Positions 10,395 to 20,498 of a DNA stretch of 30,470 nt are shown here, one piece after another. The notes under the pieces were generated by a model. The model had not been told where the DNA came from and made no database searches. It was given only the letters and a program-made list of their open reading frames with translations. The translations under genes were made by a program, and so were the position numbers. Numbering within the stretch: position 1 is the stretch's first letter; the number at the start of each line of letters is the position of its first letter. Source of the DNA: Prasinococcaceae sp. CCMP 1430 (Eukaryota > Plantae > Prasinodermophyta); assembly GCA_013416795.1 (NCBI GenBank), contig RQSC01001226.1, forward strand, positions 4,613 to 35,082. The letters run 5' to 3'.

Positions 10395-13300
10395 ATGAGC
10401 GGAGATGGGATATTCTGCATGGCGGACGGCAGACTGCGCGAGCTCATGATCAGCAAGACACAAGCGCCCTTCCTCTCATCTGCGCTGGAGAGCAGAAAGC
10501 GCGACGCGCTTGAGACGCTTACGGGCTGCATGGGCGAAACGTCTCGCGAGGTTGGCTTCGAGTACGCGTTGTGGTCTTTCCTGCGTGAACTGGCGGGCAA
10601 GGCGGGGCCGAGGCCGCTGCGACCACTCGTCAGTCCCAAAGCGCCATTCGTGGAGAGCGTCTGCAGTGGTGGGTACGATCCTGTCGGCCTACAGTCACTG
10701 TATCCGAGCACGTACTTCGTACGCATGTCCTACTACGATCAGGTCGCTGCTCGTATGCAGCTCGAGGGGCTTGTCTACTACTACGATGAGGCCGCCGCTC
10801 TTACCCAGCTCGAGGGGCTTGTCGGCGAGAGCAAACGCTCCGGGCCTGTCGGAGGACGCAGGGCGGGTAGCACGTTGTGCCATGGAGACGTGGACGCGTT
10901 GAACTGGTCGGCACCTGACACGGGGGCGCCCAGCGGCCAAGAAGACGCGTCCTTGCTGCGCCATATGGTTTTTGAGGCCGTGCCGGCCGCTGGCGCGTGC
11001 GAGGATGATATGGTCATCCAAGTGGTCAGGGGCGATCTTGAGTCGTCGCTCACCCTGTGCATGCGCACGCCAGGCTGTGTTGGCGTGGCACATTCCAATG
11101 CTAGGAATGGCACGCGACTGTGCTACGCCCTGTCGCATTCCCGATTGCAGCCGAGTGCCGACCTACACAGGAGTGCAGCGGTGGGGCGTGAGGAGAGTTG
11201 GACGGTACTAGGCGTGCGGTCTTGCAAACATATGACCCAGAAGCTGGCTTTGATGAACCATGCCGCCGGCGTGTCTTCCAGGTGCGCTGCATCTGAGCTC
11301 GGTGACTTCACGTTGCTACGCACAAGTGTCTTGGCCGCTTTGGAGCTGCAGCAGAGCCAGTCGTGGAGTTGCTGGAGGGCGAGCGCTCCTCATATGGTAT
11401 CCTCACTTGCGCGCTCTTGCGCTGATTACCAGATGTGCTCAATCTTCATGCAAAATGACGCAGGCGTCGGTATGATGTGCTCAGCGAGCTCATCGCGCTT
11501 CGCCGAGGCCTATCGCGGCAACAGAAAGCCGGTATGTCTCAGCGCAGGTGCGCTGGGAGAGGGCTGGATCTTAGGCTGCAAGCGCGGCGAATCATTCTGC
11601 TCGCTCGCCCAGCAGCGAGGTGCCTCCGAAATTGCATCAGACCTCCTGTACCGCGAAATGCGGGCGGGCGAGCGCAGGCCGATGGACGTTGCCAAGGGCA
11701 CACTTGCCTGTGTGGAAACACTGGCAGAAGTGATCACCCCGAGCGTCTCTGAGGCGAGCACATTCTGCTCTGTCGAGCCGCTCTGCACGGCTTTCGTGCG
11801 CAACGCTGGATCCAAGGCGACATCGTTCTGTCAAGGTTACAAGAAGCTGGCTCTGTCGCCGCTAGATGCGGAGTTCCATGCAGGCATCAAGGTGGGCTGC
11901 GAGTCGTATATTGCTCGTGATGCGAACCCGGATGTCCAGCGTGGCAGCGCACCAGGTTGCGCCGCAAGCTGGGGGGGCGCAATCAGCTGCACAGCTGCGC
12001 GCGTGCACGTGCCGATGACTTCTACGCGGCCGCTCTTGCCACACACTGTGTGCGCCGACTGCCCCGACAATGCCGTTTGCCCGGCTCTACGCACTGTTGG
12101 TGCCCCTGTAGACGCACCAGGATACGCTCGGACGCTTGATGACGCGGCGAAGCGCATGATGGCCGAGGGCGGGAGCGCGGTGAATTTCAACGCTGGCGCG
12201 ACAAACCCGTCGGTGGTGAGCATGGGCAACGAGTGGTGGGCCGTGCTTAGGACGACCGACGCTCTGCGATGCGCAGGCGATACCATCGACGGCACTTTTG
12301 AATTGGATCGCAGAGGACGCCGTCAGTACATCTCGCGTATTGTGATGTGTCGGCTCAGTGGTCCAGATGCGCTCGACCAGCCCTATGCGTGCCGCATGCT
12401 CCCACGCCTGCGCCAGAGTATGGTCGTCAATCTGAAGGATGGGTACACGATTGACAACGGCCTCTTCGCTGGCGAGGAGGACGCGCGCGCTTTCGCGGTC
12501 GGCGATACCATGTACACCTTGTTTAATGTGGGCATTATTTTGCCCGAGTCTGACCTGGATGACCTGCAGCTCAGCCGCGGCGAGAAGATCTCAGTGCGAC
12601 GCATGGTGCTCGCGACGGTTGATGTCAACACGGCCACCTACACAACGGCGGTACTCGTCGAGATTCCCGACACGCACCTGCTTGACGACGTGAAGAATCT
12701 GATACCTCTTGTGCGCGAGCACGGGAACGTCGCGCTCGTGCACTCGTGGTCGCCATTTGCCGTGTGCTCGCTCACCTTAAGAAGTGGCGCGTGTACAGCA
12801 GAGAGGGTGTCGGACGAGACTGGCTTTTTGAACGCCGGAGGCACCGGCCATGGCCCGTCGTACAGTGGCAGCACGCCGCTTGTACGCGTGCCACAGGGCT
12901 ATCTCGGTCTCGTGCACAGCAAGGCGCAGATGGAGCTTGGGCGGCTCTACAGCCACGCGTGGGTGCTTGTCTCGCACGCGTCGCCGCACCACACGCTCTT
13001 GTGGAGGTCTCCGTCCTTCCGCCTGCCAGATGTTGACGCAAGCTTCCGTGTCAAGGCGGGCTCGAGCACGGAGACCTTCAGGGTGCTTGGGGACATCCAG
13101 TTCGCTGCCGGGCTGGTGGTAGATGTGGCTTCGAGCACCGCTACCGTTACGTACGGCGTCCAAGACTGCATCTCTTGGATTGCGCGGGTGCCTCTACCTG
13201 CTCGCGCGCTCGGCGGGGGCGGGCCCGGGAGTCCGTCCAGCGCCGCGGAGTCATTCATGCACACGCTGAAGCCCGTGCACGATGGCGCCACGCCATCGCG

Positions 13301-14456
13301 TCCAGTGGTACGGTGGGATGGCCCAGTGTCCGATATGAGCGGCTTCGCGACCGCGGCGCGCGGCCTCCTCTCGCGCATGCGCGCTGATGAGTCCATATCG
13401 CTTCAGATAATGGACCTCAATCGCAACCGCGGCGAAAACGCGTTGGTAGCTGAGTACGGCAGCCTCTATGACACAGCGATACGTTCGCAGCTCGACATGG
13501 CAAGCCCTCCCGACGTGACGATTCGAATGCACTGGCCACCCAACTTCAGCAAGCCCGGATCGGGCAAGCTGGTGATGTACCTGCCGTGGGAGTTTGGCAT
13601 CATCCCTCGCGAATGGGTCAACGCGATCAACGCACACGTCGACGAGGTTTGGGTGCCTGCCAAGTCTGTGAAGAAGGGCTTCGAGAAGAGCGGCGTCACG
13701 GCGCCTATTGCTATCGTGCCGCACGGCGTGCCGGAGGCCTCGTGCCACGGTAGCGCACCTGAGCGCCAACCTTCTGAGAACGCTCGCTTCCAGTTCCTGT
13801 ACCACGGTGGCTTGCTTTGGCGCAAGGGCATCGACAACCTGCTGGACGCCTTTGAGATAGTGGCGCGCGCCCTGGGTGATCGCGTTGAGCTGCTCGTGCA
13901 CTCTGTCTACGGTGACGCCGAAATTTACGAGCTCATCCGCCGCCGCATGAGCACAGCGCGCGACAGTGGTCTGCGTATGCGTCTTTCGGAGGAGCACCTG
14001 ACTAGCGAGGGCGTACAGGACCTCTACGCGCGCGCTGACGTATTTGTGCACTCTGCGCGGTCACAGGGCTTCGGCCTGGGCATCTTCGAGGCTATGTCCA
14101 GCGGCCTGCCTGTGGTCGTGTCAAATTATGGGCCACCTGCGGAGTATATTACCAATGAGACTGGCTTTCTTTTCAACGCTCACCCAGTCGTTTGCACACG
14201 CGAGCCATGCAGTGCAGACGCAAGGATGCTCTTCAGCAGCGACTACACCGAGCGCACCCCTTTCACATGGGGTGGCTACGAGGCGGAGGATTTGGCTCAG
14301 GCAATGCTTCGCGCGTATCACAGCAAAGCTCAGCTGCCGTCTATCGGCATGCGTGCGAGGCGGTACATCTGCGCAGCGCTGAACTGGACCGACATCTATG
14401 CCACCGCCAAGCAGAGGCTGGACGCCCTTCTTGACCACACACACACAGGCAGATAG
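10395..14456 (+). CDS. Large intronless multidomain glycosyltransferase: Cys-rich PAN/apple-like modules, a GH130/GT91-like five-bladed beta-propeller and a C-terminal GT4 (GT-B) domain. The listed ORF starts at 10119; the true start is uncertain
   Basis: The propeller motifs are NPSVV...LR, GEEDARAF, DVKNLIPL, YSGSTPLV, GLVHSK...YSH, QFAAGL and TYGVQD (about 12190-13190). The GT4 motifs are HWPPNF, LPWEFG, VDEVWVP, IVPHGV, HGGLLWRKGID and SQGFGLGIFEAMSSGLPVV (about 13300-14440). Confidence 0.85.
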   Translation: MSGDGIFCMADGRLRELMISKTQAPFLSSALESRKRDALETLTGCMGETSREVGFEYALWSFLRELAGKAGPRPLRPLVSPKAPFVESVCSGGYDPVGLQSLYPSTYFVRMSYYDQVAARMQLEGLVYYYDEAAALTQLEGLVGESKRSGPVGGRRAGSTLCHGDVDALNWSAPDTGAPSGQEDASLLRHMVFEAVPAAGACEDDMVIQVVRGDLESSLTLCMRTPGCVGVAHSNARNGTRLCYALSHSRLQPSADLHRSAAVGREESWTVLGVRSCKHMTQKLALMNHAAGVSSRCAASELGDFTLLRTSVLAALELQQSQSWSCWRASAPHMVSSLARSCADYQMCSIFMQNDAGVGMMCSASSSRFAEAYRGNRKPVCLSAGALGEGWILGCKRGESFCSLAQQRGASEIASDLLYREMRAGERRPMDVAKGTLACVETLAEVITPSVSEASTFCSVEPLCTAFVRNAGSKATSFCQGYKKLALSPLDAEFHAGIKVGCESYIARDANPDVQRGSAPGCAASWGGAISCTAARVHVPMTSTRPLLPHTVCADCPDNAVCPALRTVGAPVDAPGYARTLDDAAKRMMAEGGSAVNFNAGATNPSVVSMGNEWWAVLRTTDALRCAGDTIDGTFELDRRGRRQYISRIVMCRLSGPDALDQPYACRMLPRLRQSMVVNLKDGYTIDNGLFAGEEDARAFAVGDTMYTLFNVGIILPESDLDDLQLSRGEKISVRRMVLATVDVNTATYTTAVLVEIPDTHLLDDVKNLIPLVREHGNVALVHSWSPFAVCSLTLRSGACTAERVSDETGFLNAGGTGHGPSYSGSTPLVRVPQGYLGLVHSKAQMELGRLYSHAWVLVSHASPHHTLLWRSPSFRLPDVDASFRVKAGSSTETFRVLGDIQFAAGLVVDVASSTATVTYGVQDCISWIARVPLPARALGGGGPGSPSSAAESFMHTLKPVHDGATPSRPVVRWDGPVSDMSGFATAARGLLSRMRADESISLQIMDLNRNRGENALVAEYGSLYDTAIRSQLDMASPPDVTIRMHWPPNFSKPGSGKLVMYLPWEFGIIPREWVNAINAHVDEVWVPAKSVKKGFEKSGVTAPIAIVPHGVPEASCHGSAPERQPSENARFQFLYHGGLLWRKGIDNLLDAFEIVARALGDRVELLVHSVYGDAEIYELIRRRMSTARDSGLRMRLSEEHLTSEGVQDLYARADVFVHSARSQGFGLGIFEAMSSGLPVVVSNYGPPAEYITNETGFLFNAHPVVCTREPCSADARMLFSSDYTERTPFTWGGYEAEDLAQAMLRAYHSKAQLPSIGMRARRYICAALNWTDIYATAKQRLDALLDHTHTGR

Positions 14457-14555
14457 AAGCTTTGCCATTCAGCCTGAGATACAGAGAGCAGGGCGGGTGG
14501 CCAGACTCGTATGGGGGCAATCTGGAAGACCGAATCTATGAAGACATACGGTACT

Positions 14556-14573
14556 GTACCATCATGATGGTAC
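14556..14573. repeat. Perfect 18-bp palindrome GTACCATCATGATGGTAC between convergent genes
   Basis: Read directly; 100 nt after the + strand stop at 14456 and 195 nt after the - strand stop at 14768. Confidence 0.8.
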
Positions 14574-14617
14574 GTGCACAAGCGGTGGAGCTTGGCTAAG
14601 CGAATGCAATTTGATTT

Positions 14618-14722
14618 TTACATTTCCGTGCCGGCTTTTCCATGCAAGAATCACGTTGGCAGTGTTGCGTTTTTAGGTCAAAATGAACCAGCGCTGGCGG
14701 GGTGCTGGAGCGTATCTTGTAA
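14618..14722. terminator. Putative UGUAA-type polyadenylation signals for the convergent pair (TTACA 14618-14622, TGTAA 14718-14722). Similar TGTAA at 3292-3296 and 20300-20304
   Basis: Each lies downstream of a stop codon on the matching strand. UGUAA is the known chlorophyte signal, but a 5-mer is weak evidence. Confidence 0.3.
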
Positions 14723-14767
14723 TTGTATTGTTCGTGTGTGGTGGTCTCGTTGTGGCAGTCGCTCAGG

Positions 14768-15882
14768 TCATGAATGAAATTGCCTGACTGCCCAGTGATA
14801 GAGGATAATGTCGTCGGCGTTGTGCTGGACAATTGCGTGCTTGATGTCATCGCGAAGCAGGTCAAAACCTGTGTTCCCTCGCGTCCTGTGTGAGTGTTTA
14901 GGCTTAGCTGTGCGTGTCAACCCAAAGAGAGCCTCCCACGCATTCAAGGTAGGGATCATGTCATCCAGAAAGCCGACCCCATCAAAGCCCAGAAGAGTGT
15001 TCTTGGCACTCTCCAGGTCGCACGGGTGCCAATCTGCGCCGTCGAAGGCGCGCATGTAAAGATCAGTGAACTGTATACACATGCCGTTGTGGAGGCCGAA
15101 GTGTCGTCCTGGCCTCAACTCATGCCCATGGATATCCTCGCGTGTCCAATCTTTGCAAGGGCCAGCGCTCGAGCGGTGCCCTCCTCCTCTGCTCGGGCTG
15201 ATGCAGTCGATGAATGTGTCGTCATCCATGCCCGGGTATGTATAGTACCGCAGCGAAGTGACGAGATCGAGGGGCTCGCGAAGCACAGTCCACTCCTGGC
15301 ACTTTCGCTGAAAGCCCGCCACGCGCAGCTCTTCCAGCAGCTGACCATCCGTGTAGTTGGGTCCAAAGTGGCCCATGATCACGTCAGCGTCCTCGAGCAT
15401 CACACGCTCTGGGAAACCCACAGGCCGGTCGCTGGGCGGCGCAAGGAAGGCCTGGTCTGTCCTTGAGCTCGGGTAGTGGGTCCAAAGCTTGAGACCACGA
15501 TCAACAAACCACTGGTGCAGCGACATGCCGCCACTCTTTGGCACGTGATACCTGCGCAAGGCGTGGCATTGGTGTGGTGCGGTTGTGTGCGAGAGACGCG
15601 TAGGGAGCGGACGATTGCTGCGTCAGCACAGTCGTGGTCGTGGCGGGCAGCCACGCCCTCAGCCCTGCTTCGTCACTGGTACCGGGCGGCCTTTGGCAAC
15701 GTCCACCCTGTCCGCACGCACATGATGATGCAGGGCTTGCTCGTTGTCTGCTCACGGTCCGCCTGATCGGACCCAATAAGCAAGCTTCGCGATGCTTCCG
15801 TCGTACGAACGTGAACAGCTCCTGCAAGCATCACCAGCGCCGCTGCTGTTGCAACAAGGGCGCGCCGGTAGCCTTGCCGCAT
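14768..15882 (-). CDS. Type II membrane sulfotransferase (Sulfotransfer_2/Gal3ST-like), 314 aa. Exons 15882-15722, 15551-14768
   Basis: The phase-2 intron 15552-15721 (AT|GTGCGT...CGCAG|G) gives KPCIIMYHVPKSGGMSL (5'-PSB). Also TVLREPLDLVTSL (3'-PB) and an N-terminal anchor RRALVATAAALVMLAGAV. Confidence 0.88.
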
Positions 15883-16372
15883 GGCGCACGCGCGCGATCG
15901 GCCCGTCGCGGTGCCGCAAACGCCCCCTGCGACCCGTGCGCAGCACCAGCAAGGCCACGACCAGAAGCGTTGTGTTGTGCAGCAGGAACATGCGCGAGCT
16001 CGGCGTCAGAGACTGCGAGAGTGCGCGCCGGGGCCCGCAGACCCTGCATCCCTCCCCCGCGCACGAGACACAGGCGCCTGGCGGAGCGACGCGGGCGCGA
16101 AAATGCGTCCACGCGCGGCCGTGCGCTGCACGGCCCTTAGGTTTCCTCGCTGTCCGGCCGCGCACGCCACCCGCAACACCCCTCATGCCCCTCGCCCTCA
16201 CACGCTCATCCTTGCGGCCACATGCACGCACCTCCCACCGGCGAAGGAGGTTGTCACACGTCCGCGGTTTGGCAGCGTGATCACCACCACGTTGCTTTCC
16301 GTCCAGCCAGCGCCCGTCGCGGGGCCGGGAGATTGGAATGCGTGCAACCCTCTAGCTAGAGAAGATACCGCG

Positions 16373-16515
16373 CGCCCAGCCGCGGCTGGGCGGGTGTAGC
16401 CCGGAGGGGTGTGCCGGGTGGCGGAGCCGAGCGCGCGAAAAACCTAGCTAGCCCCCGCTCTAATTTTTTTTTTCTTTTTAGAGAGTGTGCCGGAACAGTA
16501 CAGTATATTGTACTG
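16373..16515. repeat. Two 20-bp palindromes and a poly-T tract in the long divergent intergenic region
   Basis: Perfect CGCCCAGCCGCGGCTGGGCG at 16373-16392; CAGTACAGTATATTGTACTG (one mismatch) at 16496-16515; T-run at about 16464-16479. Confidence 0.6.
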
Positions 16516-17210
16516 CAGTGTACCCTGCCTTGATGCCTGAAAGTCACTTTTACGGTAAAACACTGTTATTTTTGATCTAAAATGCTGCTGATTGTCCTCC
16601 CAGTGGGTGACCACTTGGCCCCTCAGCTACAGATGTCTCCAAAAAAATCGTTCGCCTCGCCAGGCGCATTTACGCCCGCCTAAAAGTCGTTACAGCGCGC
16701 GCCGCTTGGCCAGGGCGCCCAGTTGTGCCCGCGCTACTTGCGCGCAGTAGGAGTGACCTCGATAGGCCATTCGTAAAGGCGTTGGGTCGTATCAAATTCA
16801 GTTGCAAAAAAGTGCGTTTTGCCGTTTATGCGGCAAAGTCGACTATGAAAGGCAATGGGACGCGGCGCCGCCGGAAGCGCCTCGCCGCCCTGGCCACGGC
16901 GTCGCAGGGATGGGCAGAGAGCGGCTACCGCCGCGGGTAGCGCCCTCCTTTCGACGCACGGCGCATGCGCACCCACAAGCGAGGGCCGCCACAAGAAGCA
17001 CAGCGCTGCGCGCGGGCCGTGCTGCTGCGCGATCCGCACGTGCCCGACGCGCTGCCGGCGCTGCCGCACAGCCGCGCGACTCCAAGCTACACCTGCAGCA
17101 GCCCGATCTGCGGGACGGCCGCTGCCTCCCACCCACAGAGTCGGCTCCCCGCTCCTTTCCGCCCTGTCATGGGCACGCCGTGCGCGGTGCGGCGGCCCTG
17201 CCGCGAGGCC

Positions 17211-20200
17211 ATGGCTTCGGTGCGAGTGGGCGCGTGGGGGGCAAGCCGGGCAGGGCGCACGCGCATGGTGCCCGCACTCATGCTGGCGCTGGCAGCGTTC
17301 GCAGCCCTGCCGCCAGCGGCGGGTGCCAACGCGCCTGCGCAGGAGCGGGTGCACGCCCAGGCACATACTCAGACGCTGGCCACAGATGCAGCGGGTGGCG
17401 CAAAGGCAGGAGGCAAGGCACGCAGTGCTGCGGCTGCCACCGCAGCCACTGCCGCCGATAGTCTCGACGTCTTTGCCGACCACATTGGCGCACTCGGTGA
17501 CAGCCGCGCCTCAGGAGTCGGCGTGGCGACCCATGAGAGCGCAGGGGTCCTCCACGCAGGCGCCATGCACTCAGGCCACGCCACCCACGACCCAGGCTCG
17601 GGGCTGATGAGTGCGCACTCCGCTGCTGGAGCGACCGGGGGCGCAACCGCAGGCGCGGGCGCTGCTGTCGGGGCCGCGGGCGCTCCGTTTGCTGGTGCAG
17701 CTGTTGGCGCAGTGAAGTTGGGTGCTGCAGCTCATGCGGAGGCGGCCTTGTCAGCGGCCTTAGAATTGAACGAGTCGCCTAGGCAGCTTCTGCCATTCCT
17801 GGAGCCGACGCGCGCTGGCGGCTGGGTCGCTCTGTCGCATCACGCGCTCCACGCGCTCAGCAGCACCGTTGAGGTGCAGGTCGGTGAGCCAGACGCGTCG
17901 GCGCGCATGGTGGTGAGCTTCCTCGGCGGCTCGGGTGCGCGCACTCGCGCCCTCATGCGAGCGGTCTTGGCTCGCTTGCCCACACGCCCAGCGAGCACGG
18001 CCACCTCGGCGGATCGAGCTGCGTTCGAGGCACTGCGGGCGGGGGGGCTTTCGCTGGGCGCGCTTTCTCCGGATCACGGCTCGGAAGCCTACTCGGAGGT
18101 GCCGGAGCTCGATTCGCCTGGGAGTACAGTGGAGGATCCCGTGGACCCGGCCGTGATCGCTTCCTTCGATCCCGTGTGGCGTGTCCTGGGCGACCCTGAG
18201 ATGGATAGCCACGTGCTTGCGTTGATGGCGGAGGTGAGTCTCCCCGACCTGTACGAGCAGGGCGGCGGCGGGCTTGCTGCCAACTACCGAGGAGCAGCAC
18301 TCGCGATCTCGAACGTCGTTGTGCTCCACGTCAGTTACCGCAGCAGACTGGACACTGTTGCTCTGCGGGCAGTCTTTGAGCAGATGCGTGCCACCAGCGA
18401 GCGCATCGGCCTCGTGCAGGGAGTGGCAACCAGGATGCAACAGCAGGGGCAGCTTATACTGGTGATTGAGGCCGATGAGCAGTCGGCTGACGGTGTCAAT
18501 GTGCGTTCTGTCTCCCATGAGGTGTCGCAGCTGATGTTTGAAACGTTCTCACCAGGTGGTGGCGAGTCCCCCTTTTGGCTCACGCGCATCTTCGTGCTGC
18601 ACGGGCAACCCGTCGACTCAGTGGCCGCCAAGCTGACAAGCACCCTCAAGTCCATGAGTGAAATGGTTTCGACTGACGCGGACTCCGTTGAAAGCCTCGG
18701 TGAGCTCTTGGACGTGCAATTGCATGCAGGGCAGCCAGTGCCCCTGAGCTCGCAAACTCTGGCATTCGGCAATGGCAGGCTTTCGTTTCTTCAAGGCGCC
18801 GAGGTTGATGCTTTCGACTCGATGGCAGTGTACCTCCATGGCAAGGGCAGTGCGATACTCCAGTCCGAAATAAGAGCGCACCTGACCGCAGTCTCGACAG
18901 CCGTGCTTACGGATTTTCGAGTGTTTGGTGAGATATATGCCTTGCTTGACGAAGGCGTGGGGCAGGTCGCGCGACGCCAGTACGAGGAGTTGAGGGATCA
19001 GCTCGACCAGAGGGTGGTGCATGCCTCGGCAGATCTAAAGTTGTACGTGTCTACAGATGTGCGCACCTTGGTGCAGGGCGCCTTCGACGATCTGGCCACG
19101 GCGCTCGATACAGCACGGGCCAATGTGGCAAAGAGTGACAAGAAGCAGCGCGATGGTAAGTGCTGCGCCCCGGGTATCGCATACGCGTACAATGAATTTA
19201 AGGAGGTGGTCGACCAGCAGCAATCATTCGCAATGGAGCGCATACATACCGCATGCACCAGGCATCGCGGGCGCTGCGGTGGTGCCGTCGACGCGGAGAA
19301 TTTGGGGCGGCTCGTCGAGGCAGCCAAGATGGAGGTGGACATAGTCGTGCAAGAAAATCTCAGGCACAACATTGCATCGGTCTTAGGGGAAGTCGAAGCC
19401 CGTGTCAACGAAGCTGCGAAAGACTACGTGGAGCGGGCGATTGTCGGCGACGGCACGGCCAAGGCGCCCGGATTCGGTGAGCTTAAGGCCGCGTTGGTAG
19501 GTATCCACAAATGGAACAACTTGACGCCCGAGCTTGAGGACGAGGCACGTGCTCGGGTCCGGCGGGTGACGTCTTCGCTCGCGACGTACATCAAGGTACC
19601 AGACCAGTGGCACGAGGTACTCAAGGAGGTTGAGGAGTTGAAGCTTGCAGCGACGGTGCAGCTCGCCGAGGCTGGCAAGCACCCCTCTTCCCATGCCAAG
19701 GAGCAGGAGGCGATAGCTGCTCACGTCGTCTACAGCCTGCGTGAGGACGTCGCGGAGATATCAGAGACCTTTGATAGGATTCTGGAGCCCATGTCACTCC
19801 TCAACGAAGTGAGGGACCATTTCAAGAGCGAGCTGCAGGCATCTCTGTCAACAGTAGAGAAGGAGGGTCGCGCGGCCGTTGCGAAACGGGTCATCGAAGT
19901 ACAGAGGGAGGCACGCGTAGCCGGTTTCAAGATGCTGAAGCAGGCCGCCCGTCCGGTGGTTGACTCTTCGGATCCGCTGTCTCTTGGGAGGGCCTTTCTG
20001 CAGCGCGGTGACATGGTGCGCGAGGCGTTGGCGGCTGCCCTGCAAAGCCTGAACGCCACGGCGCTCGAGTTGGGCATCCCCTTCGACAAGGCTTTCTTTA
20101 CGCGCGAGGCCAAGCGCCTCCAAGAGGAGGCCGACGACAAATTCAGGGTGTATAGCCGTGGGCTAAGTGTGTCGTTGGCCATGCTCTTCGTGGGGATGGC

Positions 20201-20264
20201 ATATCATTGCTACACGTATCTCCGCTCCCCGCCGACGCTGGCAGCTCAGCGCAAGCAGAGGTGA
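17211..20264 (+). CDS. About 1017-aa intronless membrane protein: signal-like N-terminus, Ala/Gly/His-rich linker, degenerate RHD3/Sey1 (atlastin-like) GTPase domain, long helical region, C-terminal TM helix
   Basis: The long ORF is clearly coding. Segments VVSFLG, ALAISNVVVLHV, LRAVFE and LILVI fall in RHD3/Sey1 order, but G1, G3 and G4 residues are lost. The TM is GLSVSLAMLFVGMAYHCYTYL. The confidence value is for the family call. Confidence 0.55.
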   Translation: MASVRVGAWGASRAGRTRMVPALMLALAAFAALPPAAGANAPAQERVHAQAHTQTLATDAAGGAKAGGKARSAAAATAATAADSLDVFADHIGALGDSRASGVGVATHESAGVLHAGAMHSGHATHDPGSGLMSAHSAAGATGGATAGAGAAVGAAGAPFAGAAVGAVKLGAAAHAEAALSAALELNESPRQLLPFLEPTRAGGWVALSHHALHALSSTVEVQVGEPDASARMVVSFLGGSGARTRALMRAVLARLPTRPASTATSADRAAFEALRAGGLSLGALSPDHGSEAYSEVPELDSPGSTVEDPVDPAVIASFDPVWRVLGDPEMDSHVLALMAEVSLPDLYEQGGGGLAANYRGAALAISNVVVLHVSYRSRLDTVALRAVFEQMRATSERIGLVQGVATRMQQQGQLILVIEADEQSADGVNVRSVSHEVSQLMFETFSPGGGESPFWLTRIFVLHGQPVDSVAAKLTSTLKSMSEMVSTDADSVESLGELLDVQLHAGQPVPLSSQTLAFGNGRLSFLQGAEVDAFDSMAVYLHGKGSAILQSEIRAHLTAVSTAVLTDFRVFGEIYALLDEGVGQVARRQYEELRDQLDQRVVHASADLKLYVSTDVRTLVQGAFDDLATALDTARANVAKSDKKQRDGKCCAPGIAYAYNEFKEVVDQQQSFAMERIHTACTRHRGRCGGAVDAENLGRLVEAAKMEVDIVVQENLRHNIASVLGEVEARVNEAAKDYVERAIVGDGTAKAPGFGELKAALVGIHKWNNLTPELEDEARARVRRVTSSLATYIKVPDQWHEVLKEVEELKLAATVQLAEAGKHPSSHAKEQEAIAAHVVYSLREDVAEISETFDRILEPMSLLNEVRDHFKSELQASLSTVEKEGRAAVAKRVIEVQREARVAGFKMLKQAARPVVDSSDPLSLGRAFLQRGDMVREALAAALQSLNATALELGIPFDKAFFTREAKRLQEEADDKFRVYSRGLSVSLAMLFVGMAYHCYTYLRSPPTLAAQRKQR

Positions 20265-20498
20265 CACGTGTCGCTCGGGAGCTCGATCATTCTCAGGGGT
20301 GTAAATCTGACAAATTCCGACAGTGCGGGAGGTACCGAGGGCAGGCGCTCGCCGTGTGTGGCGGCAGGTGCCGGGGGCAGCGCGGCCGCACACTGAGCGC
20401 TAGCTAGGGATGAGTCGTACTGCAAATGTGTCTTTTTGAATCGTTACCCTCGAGCTCCCAAAAACGCGTTCTGTGGCGCCGGGCCACGTCCATTTACT

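Noticed and set aside
10094-10726. 210-aa Pro-rich minus ORF as the missing 5' exon of the FkbM-like gene
   Set aside because: It encodes no SAM-binding motif, and the candidate GT donors I tested are out of phase with the putative acceptor near 10168.
7400-20300. Endogenous giant virus or Polinton insertion as the source of the intron-poor block
   Set aside because: No capsid, polymerase, packaging ATPase or integrase is seen, no termini were found, and one gene has a canonical intron. Gene-level horizontal transfer remains possible.
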